DNA of 64,000 nt from Sedimentisphaerales bacterium. Lineage in GTDB: Bacteria; Planctomycetota; Phycisphaerae; Sedimentisphaerales; SM23-30. Location of the stretch: the NCBI GenBank assembly GCA_963666285.1, contig OY762711.1; one strand, 5' to 3'. This document shows, in pieces, positions 21,150 to 34,826 of the stretch. A program made the translations under genes and the position numbers. The notes below the pieces were generated by a model. That model saw only the letters and a program-made list of their open reading frames with translations. It searched no databases and was not told the DNA's origin. The number at the start of each line of letters is the position of its first letter. Positions within the stretch are counted from its first letter, which is position 1.

Positions 21150-23420
21150 ATGAACCATTTAGACAATTCAATTCTAAATAGAATTGCATTTATCGGGAAC
21201 TATTTGCCTCGACTATGTGGTATAGCAACATTTACTACAGATTTATGTGAGGCCATTGCCAGCCAATATAGCCAAACCAGCTGCATTGCCATCCCGGTCA
21301 ATGATATTGCAGACGGATACTCTTATCCCCCTAGAGTACGGTTTGAACTCACCGAAAAAAATATTGACTCATATCGACGAGCTGCAGACTTTTTGAATAT
21401 CAATAATGTAGACATGGTGTCTTTGCAACATGAATATGGTATTTTTGGCGGATGTGCCGGCAGTCATATTCTTTCTCTATTGCGAGAATTAAGGATGCCC
21501 ATTGTAACAACGCTACATACCATCCTGGATACCCCTGATCCAAATCAGAAACGTGTTTTAGAAGAAATTGCGTCTCTGTCTGATCGGTTAGTAGTGATGA
21601 GTTATCATGGCGTGGAATTATTACATGAGATTTATGGAGTTAGTAAAGATAAGATTGACATGATACCACATGGCATTCCAGATGTACCTTTTGTAGATTC
21701 AAGTTTTCATAAAGACATATATGGTGTTGAAGGGAAAACGGTTTTGCTCAGCTTTGGCTTACTTTCAGCCAGTAAAGGCTTCGAGAATGTCATTGCAGCT
21801 CTACCGGAAATATTGGCACATCATTCTAATGTGGTATATTTGATTCTTGGTGCAACTCATCCGCATGTTCTACTGAAAGAAGGTGAAATGTATCGTCAAT
21901 CTCTTCAGTGGCTGGCACAAGAGAAAGGAGTAGAAAGTAATGTAATTTTTTATAATCGCTTTGTTACTTTAGAAGAGTTAGTTCAGTTCATCAGTGCTGC
22001 CGATATTTATATTACTCCGTATCTCAATGAATCGCAAATTACTTCGGGTACTCTTGCTTATACCCTGGGGGCAGGTAAGGCATTGATCTCGACACCATAT
22101 TGGTATGCCAAGGAATTGTTAGCAGATGGACGGGGGCTGCTGGTGCCATTTAGAGATCCGTCGGTGCTTGCAGAACAGGTTGTCAACCTTTTAAATAATG
22201 ATGCTCAACGTCATGCTATGCGTAAGCAAGCCTATATATTTGGCCGGAAAATGATCTGGCCGGAAGTGGCACATCAATATATTGCGAGCTTTGAACGTGC
22301 CCGGATTGAACGCCGACATTTTATACCGTCAGGATTCGCAGTCAAACCTCTGGATAAACGCCCAACAGAACCACCACCTCTTAAGCTCGACCATCTGCTT
22401 CATATGACCGACGACACGGGTATGTTACAACATGCTACTTTCACTGTTCCAAACTATAATGAGGGATACTGCATTGATGACAATGCTCGCGCTCTGATAG
22501 TAAGCACATATCTGGAAATCCTGGGTAATAAAGCAGCTTCCAGTTTGAGTACACGCTATCTTGCATTTATCTGGTATGCCTTTAACACTACAACAGGTCG
22601 ATTTCGAAACTTTATGGATTTCCAGCGTAACTGGTTAGAAAAAGATGGTTCTGACGACAGCCAGGGCCGAACTTTATGGGCATTGGGATGCGTCTTGAAC
22701 CACTCATATACGCCTGCATTGCAAAAAATGGCTGGATGGGTATTTGAACAGGCATTACCGTCTATTACCAATACCACAAGCCCACGCGCCTGGGCTTTCG
22801 CAATCATTGGCTTACAGGAATACCTGCACCGTTTTTGCGGAGACAGACGAGCCGGTCAGGTAAGATATGAATTAGCCGGGCGATTACTCACCCTTTATCA
22901 GCACAATCGCACTGATGGCTGGCTATGGTATGAAAACGAACTAACATATTGCAACGCCGCGTTACCCCACGCCTTATTATTATGTGGTAAAACAATTTCC
23001 AACACTGCTATGGCTGAAGCTGGATTGGAATCACTTAGCTGGCTGGTCAAATTACAGCAGACTAATACGGGACATTTTGTTCCTATTGGATCAAACGGAT
23101 TTTATCCCAAAAATGGCGTAAAAGCGAGGTTTGATCAACAGCCAGTGGAGACACAAACCATGGTTTCCGCATGTCTCGAAGCCTATCGAACAACATTAGA
23201 TAGTAGTTGGCGTAAAAATGCCCGCTTAGTCTTCGATTGGTTTTTAGGACGCAATGACCTAAATCTATCTGTCTATGATCCTACAACAGGTGGGTGTCGG
23301 GACGGCTTGCATCCTGACAGTGTAAATGAAAATCAAGGCGCTGAATCTACGTTAGCATATCTCCAGGCACTTCTGGAATTGCAATTAGCTGAAAATCCTT
23401 TACTACCTGCTGAGGCATAA
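21150..23420 (+). CDS. GT4 glycosyltransferase fused to a C-terminal helical (six-hairpin-like) domain
   Basis: YLPRLCGIATFT, QHEYGIFGG, TSGTLAY, STPYWYA; C-term DDNARAL, FDQQPVE, NQGAESTLAY. Confidence 0.85.
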   Translation: MNHLDNSILNRIAFIGNYLPRLCGIATFTTDLCEAIASQYSQTSCIAIPVNDIADGYSYPPRVRFELTEKNIDSYRRAADFLNINNVDMVSLQHEYGIFGGCAGSHILSLLRELRMPIVTTLHTILDTPDPNQKRVLEEIASLSDRLVVMSYHGVELLHEIYGVSKDKIDMIPHGIPDVPFVDSSFHKDIYGVEGKTVLLSFGLLSASKGFENVIAALPEILAHHSNVVYLILGATHPHVLLKEGEMYRQSLQWLAQEKGVESNVIFYNRFVTLEELVQFISAADIYITPYLNESQITSGTLAYTLGAGKALISTPYWYAKELLADGRGLLVPFRDPSVLAEQVVNLLNNDAQRHAMRKQAYIFGRKMIWPEVAHQYIASFERARIERRHFIPSGFAVKPLDKRPTEPPPLKLDHLLHMTDDTGMLQHATFTVPNYNEGYCIDDNARALIVSTYLEILGNKAASSLSTRYLAFIWYAFNTTTGRFRNFMDFQRNWLEKDGSDDSQGRTLWALGCVLNHSYTPALQKMAGWVFEQALPSITNTTSPRAWAFAIIGLQEYLHRFCGDRRAGQVRYELAGRLLTLYQHNRTDGWLWYENELTYCNAALPHALLLCGKTISNTAMAEAGLESLSWLVKLQQTNTGHFVPIGSNGFYPKNGVKARFDQQPVETQTMVSACLEAYRTTLDSSWRKNARLVFDWFLGRNDLNLSVYDPTTGGCRDGLHPDSVNENQGAESTLAYLQALLELQLAENPLLPAEA

Positions 23421-23425
23421 ACATT

Positions 23426-24364
23426 ATGAAATATCAATATCAGGAACTATTTTGCCGTCATGAATCAAATCCCATATTAACCTCCAAAGATTGGCCCTAC
23501 CCGGCACATAGCGTCTTTAATCCAGCCGCAACATTATTGCCTGACGGAACCACACTGCTTCTGTGCCGTGTAGAAGACCGACGCGGGCAATCACACCTTT
23601 GTGCAGCCCGTTCTGCCAATGGTATTGATGGCTGGAAAATTGACAAGCAACCTACTCTTAGCCCAGACCCTGAAAACTTCCCAGAAGAACTTTGGGGAAT
23701 TGAAGACCCTCGAATAACATTCATCAATGAGTTGAATAAATATGCAATCGTCTATACTGCCTATACTCACGATGGTCCAGGAGTGTCAATGGCACTTACT
23801 GAAAATTTCTGTCATTTTGAACGATGCGGATTGATTATGCAGCCGGAAGACAAAGATGCCGTACTCTTACCTTATCGCATTGATGGTAATTGGGCTTTGA
23901 TACACCGACCAGTAAGCTCTATAGGCGCACATATATGGATATCATATTCAACCGACCTACGGCAATGGGGCAATCATAAGTTAATGTTAAAAGCAAGAAA
24001 AGGCGGATGGTGGGATGCAAATAAGATTGGCATATCTCCCCCTCCTATTGAAACCAAAAAAGGGTGGCTGGTAATATACCATGGAGTACGACAAAATGCT
24101 TCTGGCAGTATTTATCGACTAGGAATGGCATTGTTTGATCTACATTCTCCAGAGATTTGTATTAAACGAAGTAATGAGTGGTTTTTTGGCCCAGAAAAAC
24201 AGTATGAAAAACAAGGTGATGTTGATAATGTTGTTTTTCCATGTGGTTATACAATAGCGCCTGACCATGATACAATTTACATGTATTATGGTGCAGCTGA
24301 TATGAGTATCGCCTTAGCTACAGGCAGTATTATCGACATGCTTCAATGGCTTGATCAACAATAA
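23426..24364 (+). CDS. GH130-family glycosidase/phosphorylase
   Basis: VFNPAA, GIEDPRIT, EDKDA, YHGV, GDVDNVVFPCG, YYGAAD. Confidence 0.85.
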   Translation: MKYQYQELFCRHESNPILTSKDWPYPAHSVFNPAATLLPDGTTLLLCRVEDRRGQSHLCAARSANGIDGWKIDKQPTLSPDPENFPEELWGIEDPRITFINELNKYAIVYTAYTHDGPGVSMALTENFCHFERCGLIMQPEDKDAVLLPYRIDGNWALIHRPVSSIGAHIWISYSTDLRQWGNHKLMLKARKGGWWDANKIGISPPPIETKKGWLVIYHGVRQNASGSIYRLGMALFDLHSPEICIKRSNEWFFGPEKQYEKQGDVDNVVFPCGYTIAPDHDTIYMYYGAADMSIALATGSIIDMLQWLDQQ

Positions 24365-24445
24365 TAGATCGTGTAATATTAATTAAACTTGATATTTACC
24401 TTATACAAAAAATGTAATGAACAAATGTTGTTTTAAAAGGACAAA

Positions 24446-25957
24446 ATGATGAATGCATTACTGATATATCCTAAATATCCTGAAACATTTTGGAGTTTCA
24501 AGTATGTTTTAAAGTTTGTCTCTAAGAAAGCTGCATTCCCTCCTTTGGGATTGTTAACCGTAGCTGCTTTACTTCCCGAAGAATGGAATAAAAAGCTGGT
24601 TGACGTTAATGTTAGAGAACTTAAGGCTGAGCAGATAATATGGGCGGACATTGTTTTCATTAGTGCAATACTAATACAGGTCGAAAATGCTCAAACAATA
24701 ATTGACCAATGTAAGTCTCTTGGCAAAATTGTGGTCGTTGGAGGACCGGCAGCCACAACACAACCAGAAAGTCTTACCGGGGTTGACCATTTTGTACTAA
24801 ATGAAGCCGAAGTGACATTACCTGTGTTCCTTGAAGATTTGATGTCAGGGAAAGCTAAACCGGTCTATTCAAGTACAGATCGGCCAGATATCCAGCAAAC
24901 TCCTTTGCCTCTGTTCTCGCTTATATCATTTAATGATTATGTGACAATGCCAGTACAGTATTCAAGAGGGTGCCCATTTAATTGTGAATTTTGTGACATA
25001 ATTGTGCTTTATGGACAAAAAACACGAACAAAGACACCAGAACAAGTAATTCAAGAAATGCAGTTACTTTATGATATGGGTTGGAGAAATGATGTATTCA
25101 TTGTAGATGATAACTTTATTGGCAATAAGGTTAACGTAAAAAAAATGCTTGCTTCGTTAATAGTATGGCAAAATAAACATCATTACCCATTTAAATTCAC
25201 AACTGAAAGCAGTGTTAATCTTGCCGAAGATGAAGAATTGATGCAAATGATGAGTGCCGCCAATTTTCATAAAGTCTTTGTTGGCATAGAAACACCAAAT
25301 ATAAATAGTTTACAGGAATGTGGAAAGTATCAGAATCTTTCCTGTAATCTGGAGGCTGCCGTCAATATCATCCAGAAAAATGGTATGCAGGTTACAGGTG
25401 GCTTTATCGTCGGCTTTGACAGTGATACTGAGGAAGTTTTTGATACTCAATTTAGATTTATTCAAAAGGTGGGAATAGTGACCGCCATGGTCGGTCTGCT
25501 TACGGCTTTGCCTCAAACCAGGTTATGGTACCGGCTTGAGGCAGAAGGCAGGCTCCTGGGTGAAAGTACAGGAGAAAATACCAGTATTAGCCTTAATTTT
25601 ATACCAGTACTAACCAGAGAAAAATTACTAGCTGGTTATCAAGAAATAATGAGGGAACTATATTCTCCAAAAGATTATTATGCGAGAATAAATACTTTTA
25701 TCAGAAACTATCATCCCTGTATTAAATCGAGAATAACTGGAAAGGATGTAGTCGCCGCAATTAAAAGCGCCTGGTATATAGGAATCCTATCTCATGCTCG
25801 ATTTTTGTATTGGAAACTCTTAATCCGAACATGTTTTAAAAAAATCAAAGCGGTTCCCATTGCAATTGAGTTGGCCATATATGGATTACATTTTGAAAAA
25901 ATTAGTAAAAAAATAGTACATAGATGGGAATTGTACTATAGAAACTTCAGTCATTGA
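24446..25957 (+). CDS. B12-binding radical SAM protein (DUF4070 type), copy 2
   Basis: PPLGLLTVA, SRGCPFNCEFC, VDDNFIG; paralogue of 13718-15199. Confidence 0.9.
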   Translation: MMNALLIYPKYPETFWSFKYVLKFVSKKAAFPPLGLLTVAALLPEEWNKKLVDVNVRELKAEQIIWADIVFISAILIQVENAQTIIDQCKSLGKIVVVGGPAATTQPESLTGVDHFVLNEAEVTLPVFLEDLMSGKAKPVYSSTDRPDIQQTPLPLFSLISFNDYVTMPVQYSRGCPFNCEFCDIIVLYGQKTRTKTPEQVIQEMQLLYDMGWRNDVFIVDDNFIGNKVNVKKMLASLIVWQNKHHYPFKFTTESSVNLAEDEELMQMMSAANFHKVFVGIETPNINSLQECGKYQNLSCNLEAAVNIIQKNGMQVTGGFIVGFDSDTEEVFDTQFRFIQKVGIVTAMVGLLTALPQTRLWYRLEAEGRLLGESTGENTSISLNFIPVLTREKLLAGYQEIMRELYSPKDYYARINTFIRNYHPCIKSRITGKDVVAAIKSAWYIGILSHARFLYWKLLIRTCFKKIKAVPIAIELAIYGLHFEKISKKIVHRWELYYRNFSH

Positions 25958-25976
25958 AACATAATTTGAGGTTATT

Positions 25977-27713
25977 ATGAAAATACTAAAAGGAATTGGC
26001 GTATCTCCAGGTATAGCAATAGGCAATATTATCATTATCGATTCAGATGAATACCTTGTTCCACGCAGAACAGTTCATAAGGATAGTATTCCAGATGAAA
26101 TCAGAAAACTTAATCATGCTTTTGAAATATCAATTAAGGAGCTGGCAGATTTAGAACATGAGTATAATAAAATTGGTGAGATCGACACAAGAGACATATT
26201 TGCTGTTCATAGATTTATTCTTCAAGATATATCCTTAAAGCAAAATGTAGTCAATAAAATTAACCAGGAAATGGTGACTGCTGAATTTGCAGTTTTTTCA
26301 ATACTTTATGAGATACAATGTCATCTAAAGAACCTTAAAGAGCCTTACATCAACCAAAGAGCATATGATTTTGTAGATATCAGGAAACGCCTGATAAAAA
26401 AACTGGTTAGTAATGAATGGTTTGACCTTGCTAATATCAATGAAGAAGTGATTGTTATTGCAAAAGAGCTTGTTCCTTCCCAAACAGTAGAGCTCAATAC
26501 AAAACACATTCAAGGTATTGCTACTGAGCTTGGTGGAGAAACTTCCCATGCATCAATTGTAGCTAAATCATGTAAAATACCAGCCGTTGTCGGTGTGCAA
26601 GATTTAACTAGCATAGTAAGGTGTGGAGACACTATTGTTGTTGATGGTATACATGGCAAAGTAATCGTTAATCCAGACAAGAAAATGCTTGAAGAATGCG
26701 TTAAAAAAAGAGAACTATATTTAGAATATGAAAAAAAACTAATTGCCAGCACGTTCAATAAGCCTTGTGTCACTAATGATGGAGTTACAATCAGCCTTCT
26801 TTCAAATATAGAATTTCCTGAAGAAATTGAAAGAGTACTTAGATGTGGTGTAGATGGAGTTGGTTTATTTAGAACAGAGTTTTTGTTTCTAAATAGTGAT
26901 AATATACCAAATGAACAACAGCAGTTTTTAGTGTATAAAAAATGCCTTGAACAATTAAATGGGAAGCCTCTTGTTTTCAGGACTATTGATTTCGGCGGGG
27001 ATAAATTCCCCAGAAATCTACCTTGGGATATTGAGAAAAACCCCTATTTAGGACTAAGGTCAATTCGATATTGCCTCAGAAATAAAAGTATATTCAAAAT
27101 TCAATTGAAAGCGATATTAAGAGCTGCTATTTATGGAAATGCTAAAATAATGTTCCCTCTAATTACAAAAATACGGGAGCTGCATCAGATAAGATCTATT
27201 ATAAGTGACGTGGTAACTGAACTGGAACAGCATTCTATAGAATATAAATCTGATATAGAAATAGGAATGATGGTTGAAACACCATCTGCAGCGTTATTAT
27301 CGAAGAAAATGGCAAATCATGTAGATTTCTTTAGTTTAGGTACAAATGATCTTATTCAATATACCCTGGCTGTAGATAGAGGTAATGAACAAGTTGCTTC
27401 ATTATATTCCGCTGCTGACCCTGCGGTATTAAAATTAATTCAAATGACAGTTGATAATGGTTATGATGCCGGTGTTGATGTAAGCATTTGCGGTGAAATG
27501 GCATCTGATCCCAAATATGTTATGTTATTATTAGGCATGGGAATTCGTACCTTTTCTGTTAACCCTGGCATGATTACTGAAATTCGCAGTATCATTTGCG
27601 ATTCATCCATCGATGAGTGCAAAACTATAGCAAAAAGAGTGTTAGCAATGGAAGATGATGCAGATATATTAAATCATCTTGCAAATATTGCGAAGAGATT
27701 TATATCTATATGA
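25977..27713 (+). CDS. ptsI: PEP-protein phosphotransferase (PTS enzyme I)
   Basis: GGETSHASIVA phospho-His motif, GVGLFRTEFLF, MVETPSAA, GTNDLIQY, CGEMA. Confidence 0.92.
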   Translation: MKILKGIGVSPGIAIGNIIIIDSDEYLVPRRTVHKDSIPDEIRKLNHAFEISIKELADLEHEYNKIGEIDTRDIFAVHRFILQDISLKQNVVNKINQEMVTAEFAVFSILYEIQCHLKNLKEPYINQRAYDFVDIRKRLIKKLVSNEWFDLANINEEVIVIAKELVPSQTVELNTKHIQGIATELGGETSHASIVAKSCKIPAVVGVQDLTSIVRCGDTIVVDGIHGKVIVNPDKKMLEECVKKRELYLEYEKKLIASTFNKPCVTNDGVTISLLSNIEFPEEIERVLRCGVDGVGLFRTEFLFLNSDNIPNEQQQFLVYKKCLEQLNGKPLVFRTIDFGGDKFPRNLPWDIEKNPYLGLRSIRYCLRNKSIFKIQLKAILRAAIYGNAKIMFPLITKIRELHQIRSIISDVVTELEQHSIEYKSDIEIGMMVETPSAALLSKKMANHVDFFSLGTNDLIQYTLAVDRGNEQVASLYSAADPAVLKLIQMTVDNGYDAGVDVSICGEMASDPKYVMLLLGMGIRTFSVNPGMITEIRSIICDSSIDECKTIAKRVLAMEDDADILNHLANIAKRFISI

Positions 27714-27946
27714 TAGGTTCTCAGAGAAATATAGCTTTCACTTTGATAGTGCTACAATAAGATCAAATATACGACATGCGAAGATATATGCACAATCGAA
27801 ATGAAAGACTCTTTCCATAATGAAATATATACCAAAAGTTTAAACCACACCAACAACTCCCAGTACCATATGCATACTCCATGCCTCAGCTATTTGTTCT
27901 TATAATGAACATTGTCATAAGCAAAAGATACATGACCATCTCAATT

Positions 27947-28834
27947 CTACTCTGTGCTCAGCGCTTCAAATCCAGAAATAATATCGAACAGTTCCTCATC
28001 GATGCTACTCTGGCGTAAACGATGAAATGTCCCGTTGAGAATCTCAAGCAATTCTTCGATATTTTTGTCGGCACGTTGCATCGCCGCCAGGCGACTTGCG
28101 TTTTCGCTGGCGAGCGATTCGGCGCACGCCCTAAAGAGCGAGATAAAAAGGTATTCGCGGATGAGCGCCCGCAAAGTCGTGGCGTCGTCCCCTATGATCT
28201 CAGGTAAGCTATCTGTCGGCCAGGTAAGTTCGGCCAGTTTGTGTCGCCATCTGTCGTCAAGCGGCAAAAGTCGCTGACTGACCGGTGAATAAACCGCCCC
28301 GGACGTGGGGCGATTGTAGAATAGGTGTAGTTGGGTGCCTTCACCCTGACTGAATAGTGACTCGCTCTCTACGAGAATCTGTCCAACGAGCGGGATGATG
28401 CCCTTTACGGAGTTCGGCACAGAAAAAAGCCCCATCAGCGGCAGGTCCGCGTCCATCAGGCGTGCATTAATCCGCTCACCTACGGTCCAAACTTGGGGTT
28501 TGCTGGGTAGAGCAAGTAATGTCTTGACTGCATAATCGGCCACCACATCATTAAACTGACCCACCAGTCCCTGGTCGGAACCAAAAATGATCACGCCAAT
28601 AGTACCGGCAATTATTTGTTTATTCTGTTTTTCATTCAAGGGTGTCGGTCCACTTTTCCGAAAGCACACGCCCAATCCGAGTTCCACAGTGCGATAGTAG
28701 TCAGCTAATGCGTGTACTGATTTCTCATATTGTCCAATGCTCGAGGCAGCTACTGCCTTCATCGTGCGGACGACGGATTGGAGATCACCGGCCCCATTGA
28801 TCTTCCGCTGCAGACTTGCTGTAGTATCGCTCAT
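27947..28834 (-). CDS. atpG: N-ATPase gamma subunit
   Basis: [42 protein letters not shown]. Confidence 0.93.
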   Translation of the reverse strand: MSDTTASLQRKINGAGDLQSVVRTMKAVAASSIGQYEKSVHALADYYRTVELGLGVCFRKSGPTPLNEKQNKQIIAGTIGVIIFGSDQGLVGQFNDVVADYAVKTLLALPSKPQVWTVGERINARLMDADLPLMGLFSVPNSVKGIIPLVGQILVESESLFSQGEGTQLHLFYNRPTSGAVYSPVSQRLLPLDDRWRHKLAELTWPTDSLPEIIGDDATTLRALIREYLFISLFRACAESLASENASRLAAMQRADKNIEELLEILNGTFHRLRQSSIDEELFDIISGFEALSTE

Positions 28835-30471
28835 GACTTCTCCTCGGATGACTCATTGAAACTTGTTTTAGACTTAAACTTCCTTGTCTTGGCAACGGGA
28901 CCAGACTTTAACTCGGTCTTAGGTTCGGTTTTGGCTTCGGGATTGGATTGGAAACGATCAAGTACGATGCGGGCGATTTCGATGATCTTTTCACGGTCCT
29001 CATCGCTCAATTTAGCGGCTGTTTGGAATCGAGCACATATCTCCACCGGGATATTCGCCGCCGCTTCGTGCAGGGCGTTCTCGGCATCGGCCATGAAGTC
29101 AAGAGGCACGCGGTCAAAAAGTTCTGCGGTCAACGCCAGCAACACGGCAATTTGCGCGGGCACAGACACTGGAGAAAATTCCGGCTGCTTGAGGCAGGTA
29201 CGAATTCGCCGGCCATGCTCGATGATTTTGCGAGTGCTTTCATCCAGACGAGCTCCAAATCGAGAAAAGGTTTCGAGCTCCTCAAATTGTGCATAGGCGA
29301 GCTTGAGGTCGCCTGCCACTGCGCGGTAGGCTGCCTGTTGTGCCTTGCCTCCGACTCGCGAAACGGATTTTCCGACATCGACCGCGGGTAGCACGCCCAA
29401 TTCAAATAACGACGGCGAAAGGTATATCTGCCCATCCGTGATGGAAATCAAGTTGGTCGGAATATAGGCGGAAATATCCTGCGCTTCGGTTTCGATGATA
29501 GGCAGCGCAGTAAGGGAGCCGCCGCCGAGTTCCTTACACAAGTGTGTTGCACGTTCAAGCAGTCGCGAATGGATATAAAAAATATCGCCGGGGAAGGCTT
29601 CGCGCCCCGGTGGTCGGCGGAGTAGAAGGGAAAGCTCGCGATAAGCTCTCGCGTGATGAGTAAGGTCATCATAAACGATCAATACATCTCGTCCAGCTTC
29701 CATGAAATACTCCGCAATACTAGTAGCGGCATAAGGAGAGATATACGCAAGACCCGGCGGATCATTGCCTTCAGTGACGACGACGACAGTGTAATCCATC
29801 GCTCCCTTTTCCCGCAAGATAGCCACGGCCTTCGCAACAGCAGACGAACGCTGACCAATGGCACAATATACACACAGGACATTCTTGTTTTGCTGATTAA
29901 TGATGGTATCAATTGCAATGGCTGTCTTGCCTGTCTGGCGGTCACCGAGAATCAACTCACGCTGGCCACGACCAATAGGAATGATCGCATCGATGACTTT
30001 GATGCCAGTCTGAAGAGGAACCGTGACCGGTGCGCGATCCATAATGGGTGCGGCAGGACGCTCAATGGGCAGTCGTTTGCCAGCAGTCACCTGTCCCTTG
30101 CCATCAAGTGGACGACCAAGTGGGTCGATGATACGTCCCAGCAATCTATCACCCACAGCTATGTCCATAACCCGGCCCGTTCGCTGGACTTCATCTCCCG
30201 CATTGAGATGCCAGTATTCGCCGAGCAGAACGACACCAATTTCATTTGCATCCACGTTAAAGGCAATACCGAGCACATCGCCGGGAAATATCACCAATTC
30301 ATCAAAGCCCACGCCGGGAAGCCCAGACACCTTAGCGATGCCGGTGGAAACACTGGTGATCATACCCACCTCTCTTGGCGTCAGTTGCTGTGTGAATACA
30401 TCTCGAACTTGGCTCATACCAGCAAATGTGCTGTCAAAAACGTTTTGGATACTCTCTGGTACTATATTCAT
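28831..30471 (-). CDS. atpA: N-ATPase alpha subunit
   Basis: [27 protein letters not shown]. Confidence 0.95.
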   Translation of the reverse strand: MNIVPESIQNVFDSTFAGMSQVRDVFTQQLTPREVGMITSVSTGIAKVSGLPGVGFDELVIFPGDVLGIAFNVDANEIGVVLLGEYWHLNAGDEVQRTGRVMDIAVGDRLLGRIIDPLGRPLDGKGQVTAGKRLPIERPAAPIMDRAPVTVPLQTGIKVIDAIIPIGRGQRELILGDRQTGKTAIAIDTIINQQNKNVLCVYCAIGQRSSAVAKAVAILREKGAMDYTVVVVTEGNDPPGLAYISPYAATSIAEYFMEAGRDVLIVYDDLTHHARAYRELSLLLRRPPGREAFPGDIFYIHSRLLERATHLCKELGGGSLTALPIIETEAQDISAYIPTNLISITDGQIYLSPSLFELGVLPAVDVGKSVSRVGGKAQQAAYRAVAGDLKLAYAQFEELETFSRFGARLDESTRKIIEHGRRIRTCLKQPEFSPVSVPAQIAVLLALTAELFDRVPLDFMADAENALHEAAANIPVEICARFQTAAKLSDEDREKIIEIARIVLDRFQSNPEAKTEPKTELKSGPVAKTRKFKSKTSFNESSEEKS

Positions 30472-31289
30472 TAAATCTTCGTTTCTAGCTTATGTTCTTC
30501 GAGCTTAGACTCATCTTTAGTGATAGATTTACACTTCTCTTCCAGAAGTTCATCGACGACTTTTTCCATCGAACTGAGGTAGTCCGCGATACTCCACGCC
30601 ACTTTTTGTCCATTTATGGTCAGTTCAATACCACTGATCATGTCCGGCTCAGTCTCGAACCGGACATGAATTTCAGCGGAGAATGTTTCATTAATCGCAT
30701 TTTGAATCGCCGTTCGCTGTTCGGCAGGCAGATCAAACGCGCTGCGTATAAGGGCAGAGTCAGACGGTACCTTAAAAAATTCAACGATATCTTCTTTCGC
30801 CTTGACGTCGATCTCTTGCAAGCGGTGAGTGAATACCTCACTCATTTGTTCTTCCAAACTTCTCGTGGCGAGTTCTGCCAGCGTCTTACGTGCGATAGCA
30901 AACACTTCCTGCTTGGTTTTGTGACGGATGGCCTGATTTAGATTATGAGCGTCGTTCCTCTGTGCTTCCTGCTGTTTTAATCTCAATACCACAGCCACCT
31001 TCCTTGCTTCGTCAAATAGCCGTTGGCGTTCGGCTTTCGCCTGATCGACAGCTTTGCTCAAAAGTGCAGCACGCTGCTGATCGAACTTTTCGTTTTTGTG
31101 AAGAAACTCGTCGCTCTCCTTTTGGGCTTCTGCCTTTTTTGCGTCAGCGTCAGCGAGTTCTGCGGCAATCCGCTTCTCCCTTGCATCGATTGCGTTGAGA
31201 ATGGGCTTATAAAGAAATCGCTTCATCAACCATACCAGAATGATGAAATTTATTACTTGCGCACTGACAGTGAACCAATCGATTAACAT
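30471..31289 (-). CDS. atpF: N-ATPase b subunit with delta-like C-terminal extension
   Basis: [17 protein letters not shown] helix, coiled coil, GIEL...[10 protein letters not shown] tail. Confidence 0.9.
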   Translation of the reverse strand: MLIDWFTVSAQVINFIILVWLMKRFLYKPILNAIDAREKRIAAELADADAKKAEAQKESDEFLHKNEKFDQQRAALLSKAVDQAKAERQRLFDEARKVAVVLRLKQQEAQRNDAHNLNQAIRHKTKQEVFAIARKTLAELATRSLEEQMSEVFTHRLQEIDVKAKEDIVEFFKVPSDSALIRSAFDLPAEQRTAIQNAINETFSAEIHVRFETEPDMISGIELTINGQKVAWSIADYLSSMEKVVDELLEEKCKSITKDESKLEEHKLETKI

Positions 31290-31293
31290 AGGT

Positions 31294-31575
31294 TTACTTT
31301 CCTGTAGCTTGGGTGATAACGTGATTCCAGAACGGATTGGCAAATATGAGAATCATCGAAACCACAAAACAGTAAATAGCCGTGGACTCAATCATTGCCA
31401 GCCCCACAAATAAAGTTCGAGTGATGGTCTTGGATGCATCAGGCTGCTGTGCCAGTGAACTTAGCGCTGTTGCTACCGCCTTTCCTTCACCCAATGCAGG
31501 CCCCATGGTACCAAAACCGGTGGTAATGCCGGCGGTGACAATTGATGCTACCGCGATAATAGTCATATTATCCAT
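31294..31575 (-). CDS. atpE: N-ATPase c subunit (Na+-type signature)
   Basis: PALGEG (Glu in helix 1) and IESTAIY (ESTxxY). Confidence 0.93.
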   Translation of the reverse strand: MDNMTIIAVASIVTAGITTGFGTMGPALGEGKAVATALSSLAQQPDASKTITRTLFVGLAMIESTAIYCFVVSMILIFANPFWNHVITQATGK

Positions 31576-31609
31576 AATATTTCCTTTCGTTATTGTTGTT
31601 TTAAGTCTT

Positions 31610-32296
31610 TTACTTTGATTTAGGCTTGGGTTCACGGACTTGTGTGGCAGCTGCAATGTAAACCGCGGCCAGGATACTGAAGATGTAGGCCTGTACCATG
31701 CCGGTGAGCAGACCGAGAGTTGTCATGACGATTGGGAAGATAAAGGGTGTAATCGTGAGCAGGATACTAATAATCATTGCCCCGCTCATCATGTTACCGA
31801 ACAGACGGACAGCCAGGGCCAGTGTACGCGAAAGTTCGCTGATAATATTAAACGGCAGCATAATGAACGTCGGCTTCACATAGGACTTGAGATAGCTTCC
31901 CAAACCTTGTTCCTCGATACCAAAAAACGGCACGGCCACAAACACACACAAAGCCAATGCAACCGTAGTTGAGAGCGAGCCGGTCGGCGGCTCGTAGCCG
32001 GGAATGACAGTGCAGAGGCTGGCTGCAGCGACAAACAGGAAGAGTGTTCCCAGAAATCCGAGATATTTCCGCGGCTTACTCAGGCCTACCTCCTCAATTT
32101 GTTTCTCGATGCCAGTGACGACGATTTCCAGAAAATTCTGCCAGCGGGAACGTTTCAGATCCATGGAAAGCTTGCGGGTGATGAGTTTTGAACCGACGGT
32201 CAATACGAGCATCAGTCCCCACGTGAAAACAATGGTGGAGTTGAGTTTAAGAAACCCATGTTGCCAAAATATCATCTCATCCGGACTAAGACGCAT
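31610..32296 (-). CDS. atpB: N-ATPase a subunit
   Basis: SRTLALAVRLFGN, QAYIF. Confidence 0.93.
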   Translation of the reverse strand: MRLSPDEMIFWQHGFLKLNSTIVFTWGLMLVLTVGSKLITRKLSMDLKRSRWQNFLEIVVTGIEKQIEEVGLSKPRKYLGFLGTLFLFVAAASLCTVIPGYEPPTGSLSTTVALALCVFVAVPFFGIEEQGLGSYLKSYVKPTFIMLPFNIISELSRTLALAVRLFGNMMSGAMIISILLTITPFIFPIVMTTLGLLTGMVQAYIFSILAAVYIAAATQVREPKPKSK

Positions 32297-32603
32297 GATT
32301 GGACTCCTGTACCTGGAGAGTGGTTTCTTTCTTCGCTCGGGTGAGCCGTGTTACGAAAAGTCGGGCAATGACAAATCCAAGAAAGCACACCAGCATCCTG
32401 TCCCAATGACCTCGCCCGATAAAATAGAAACCAGCCAGTGCAATGTTTGTTCGCAGCAACAGGCTGCCAAAGAACCATAACGCCGGGTGTTGAGATGAAA
32501 CACCTTTCTGAATCGTCCACCAAAGTCCGCCAAAAAACATCGAACCAAGCAAAACTCCTGTTACCAAAGCAAGTACCAAAGTCAAAGTTTCATTTATCAT
32601 CAT
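32286..32603 (-). CDS. atpR: N-ATPase AtpR subunit
   Basis: FFGGLWWT, SLLLR; lies between atpQ and atpB. Confidence 0.85.
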   Translation of the reverse strand: MMINETLTLVLALVTGVLLGSMFFGGLWWTIQKGVSSQHPALWFFGSLLLRTNIALAGFYFIGRGHWDRMLVCFLGFVIARLFVTRLTRAKKETTLQVQESNHAS

Positions 32604-32923
32604 TATTCTCCTGTTCGTCATGCATTTCCTTATCTTCCTTACTCACCCAATGCCAGGCATTAAGACAGCCGAGACCTAAGCCGATGAACAGCAGCATCAA
32701 TGTCCAGGAATAACTTCCCGAATGTTGATTGTCCAGCCAGATGCCAAGCGCCGCACCGAGCAGTGTAGGAACCGCCACTGACCAACCGATAAGCCCCATC
32801 ATACCAAGACCAAACCAGACGCCCTGAGTAGAGTTACGTCTCGCCTTAAGCTTGCGTGTAGCCTTCATTCCGACTTCTTGACTTAGTGGCGGCCTGGTCT
32901 TTAATGGCTTTTTTTTAAGTTCT

Positions 32924-32931
<8 letters not shown>
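32590..32931 (-). CDS. atpQ: N-ATPase AtpQ (AtpI/AtpZ-like) subunit
   Basis: GLGMMGLIGWSVAVPTLLG...GCLNAWHW. Confidence 0.85.

Positions 32932-34826
<1,895 letters not shown>

Noticed and set aside
28730..30941. Several long + strand ORFs within the atp operon
   Set aside because: Antisense shadows in a GC-richer region whose - strand clearly encodes ATPase subunits.
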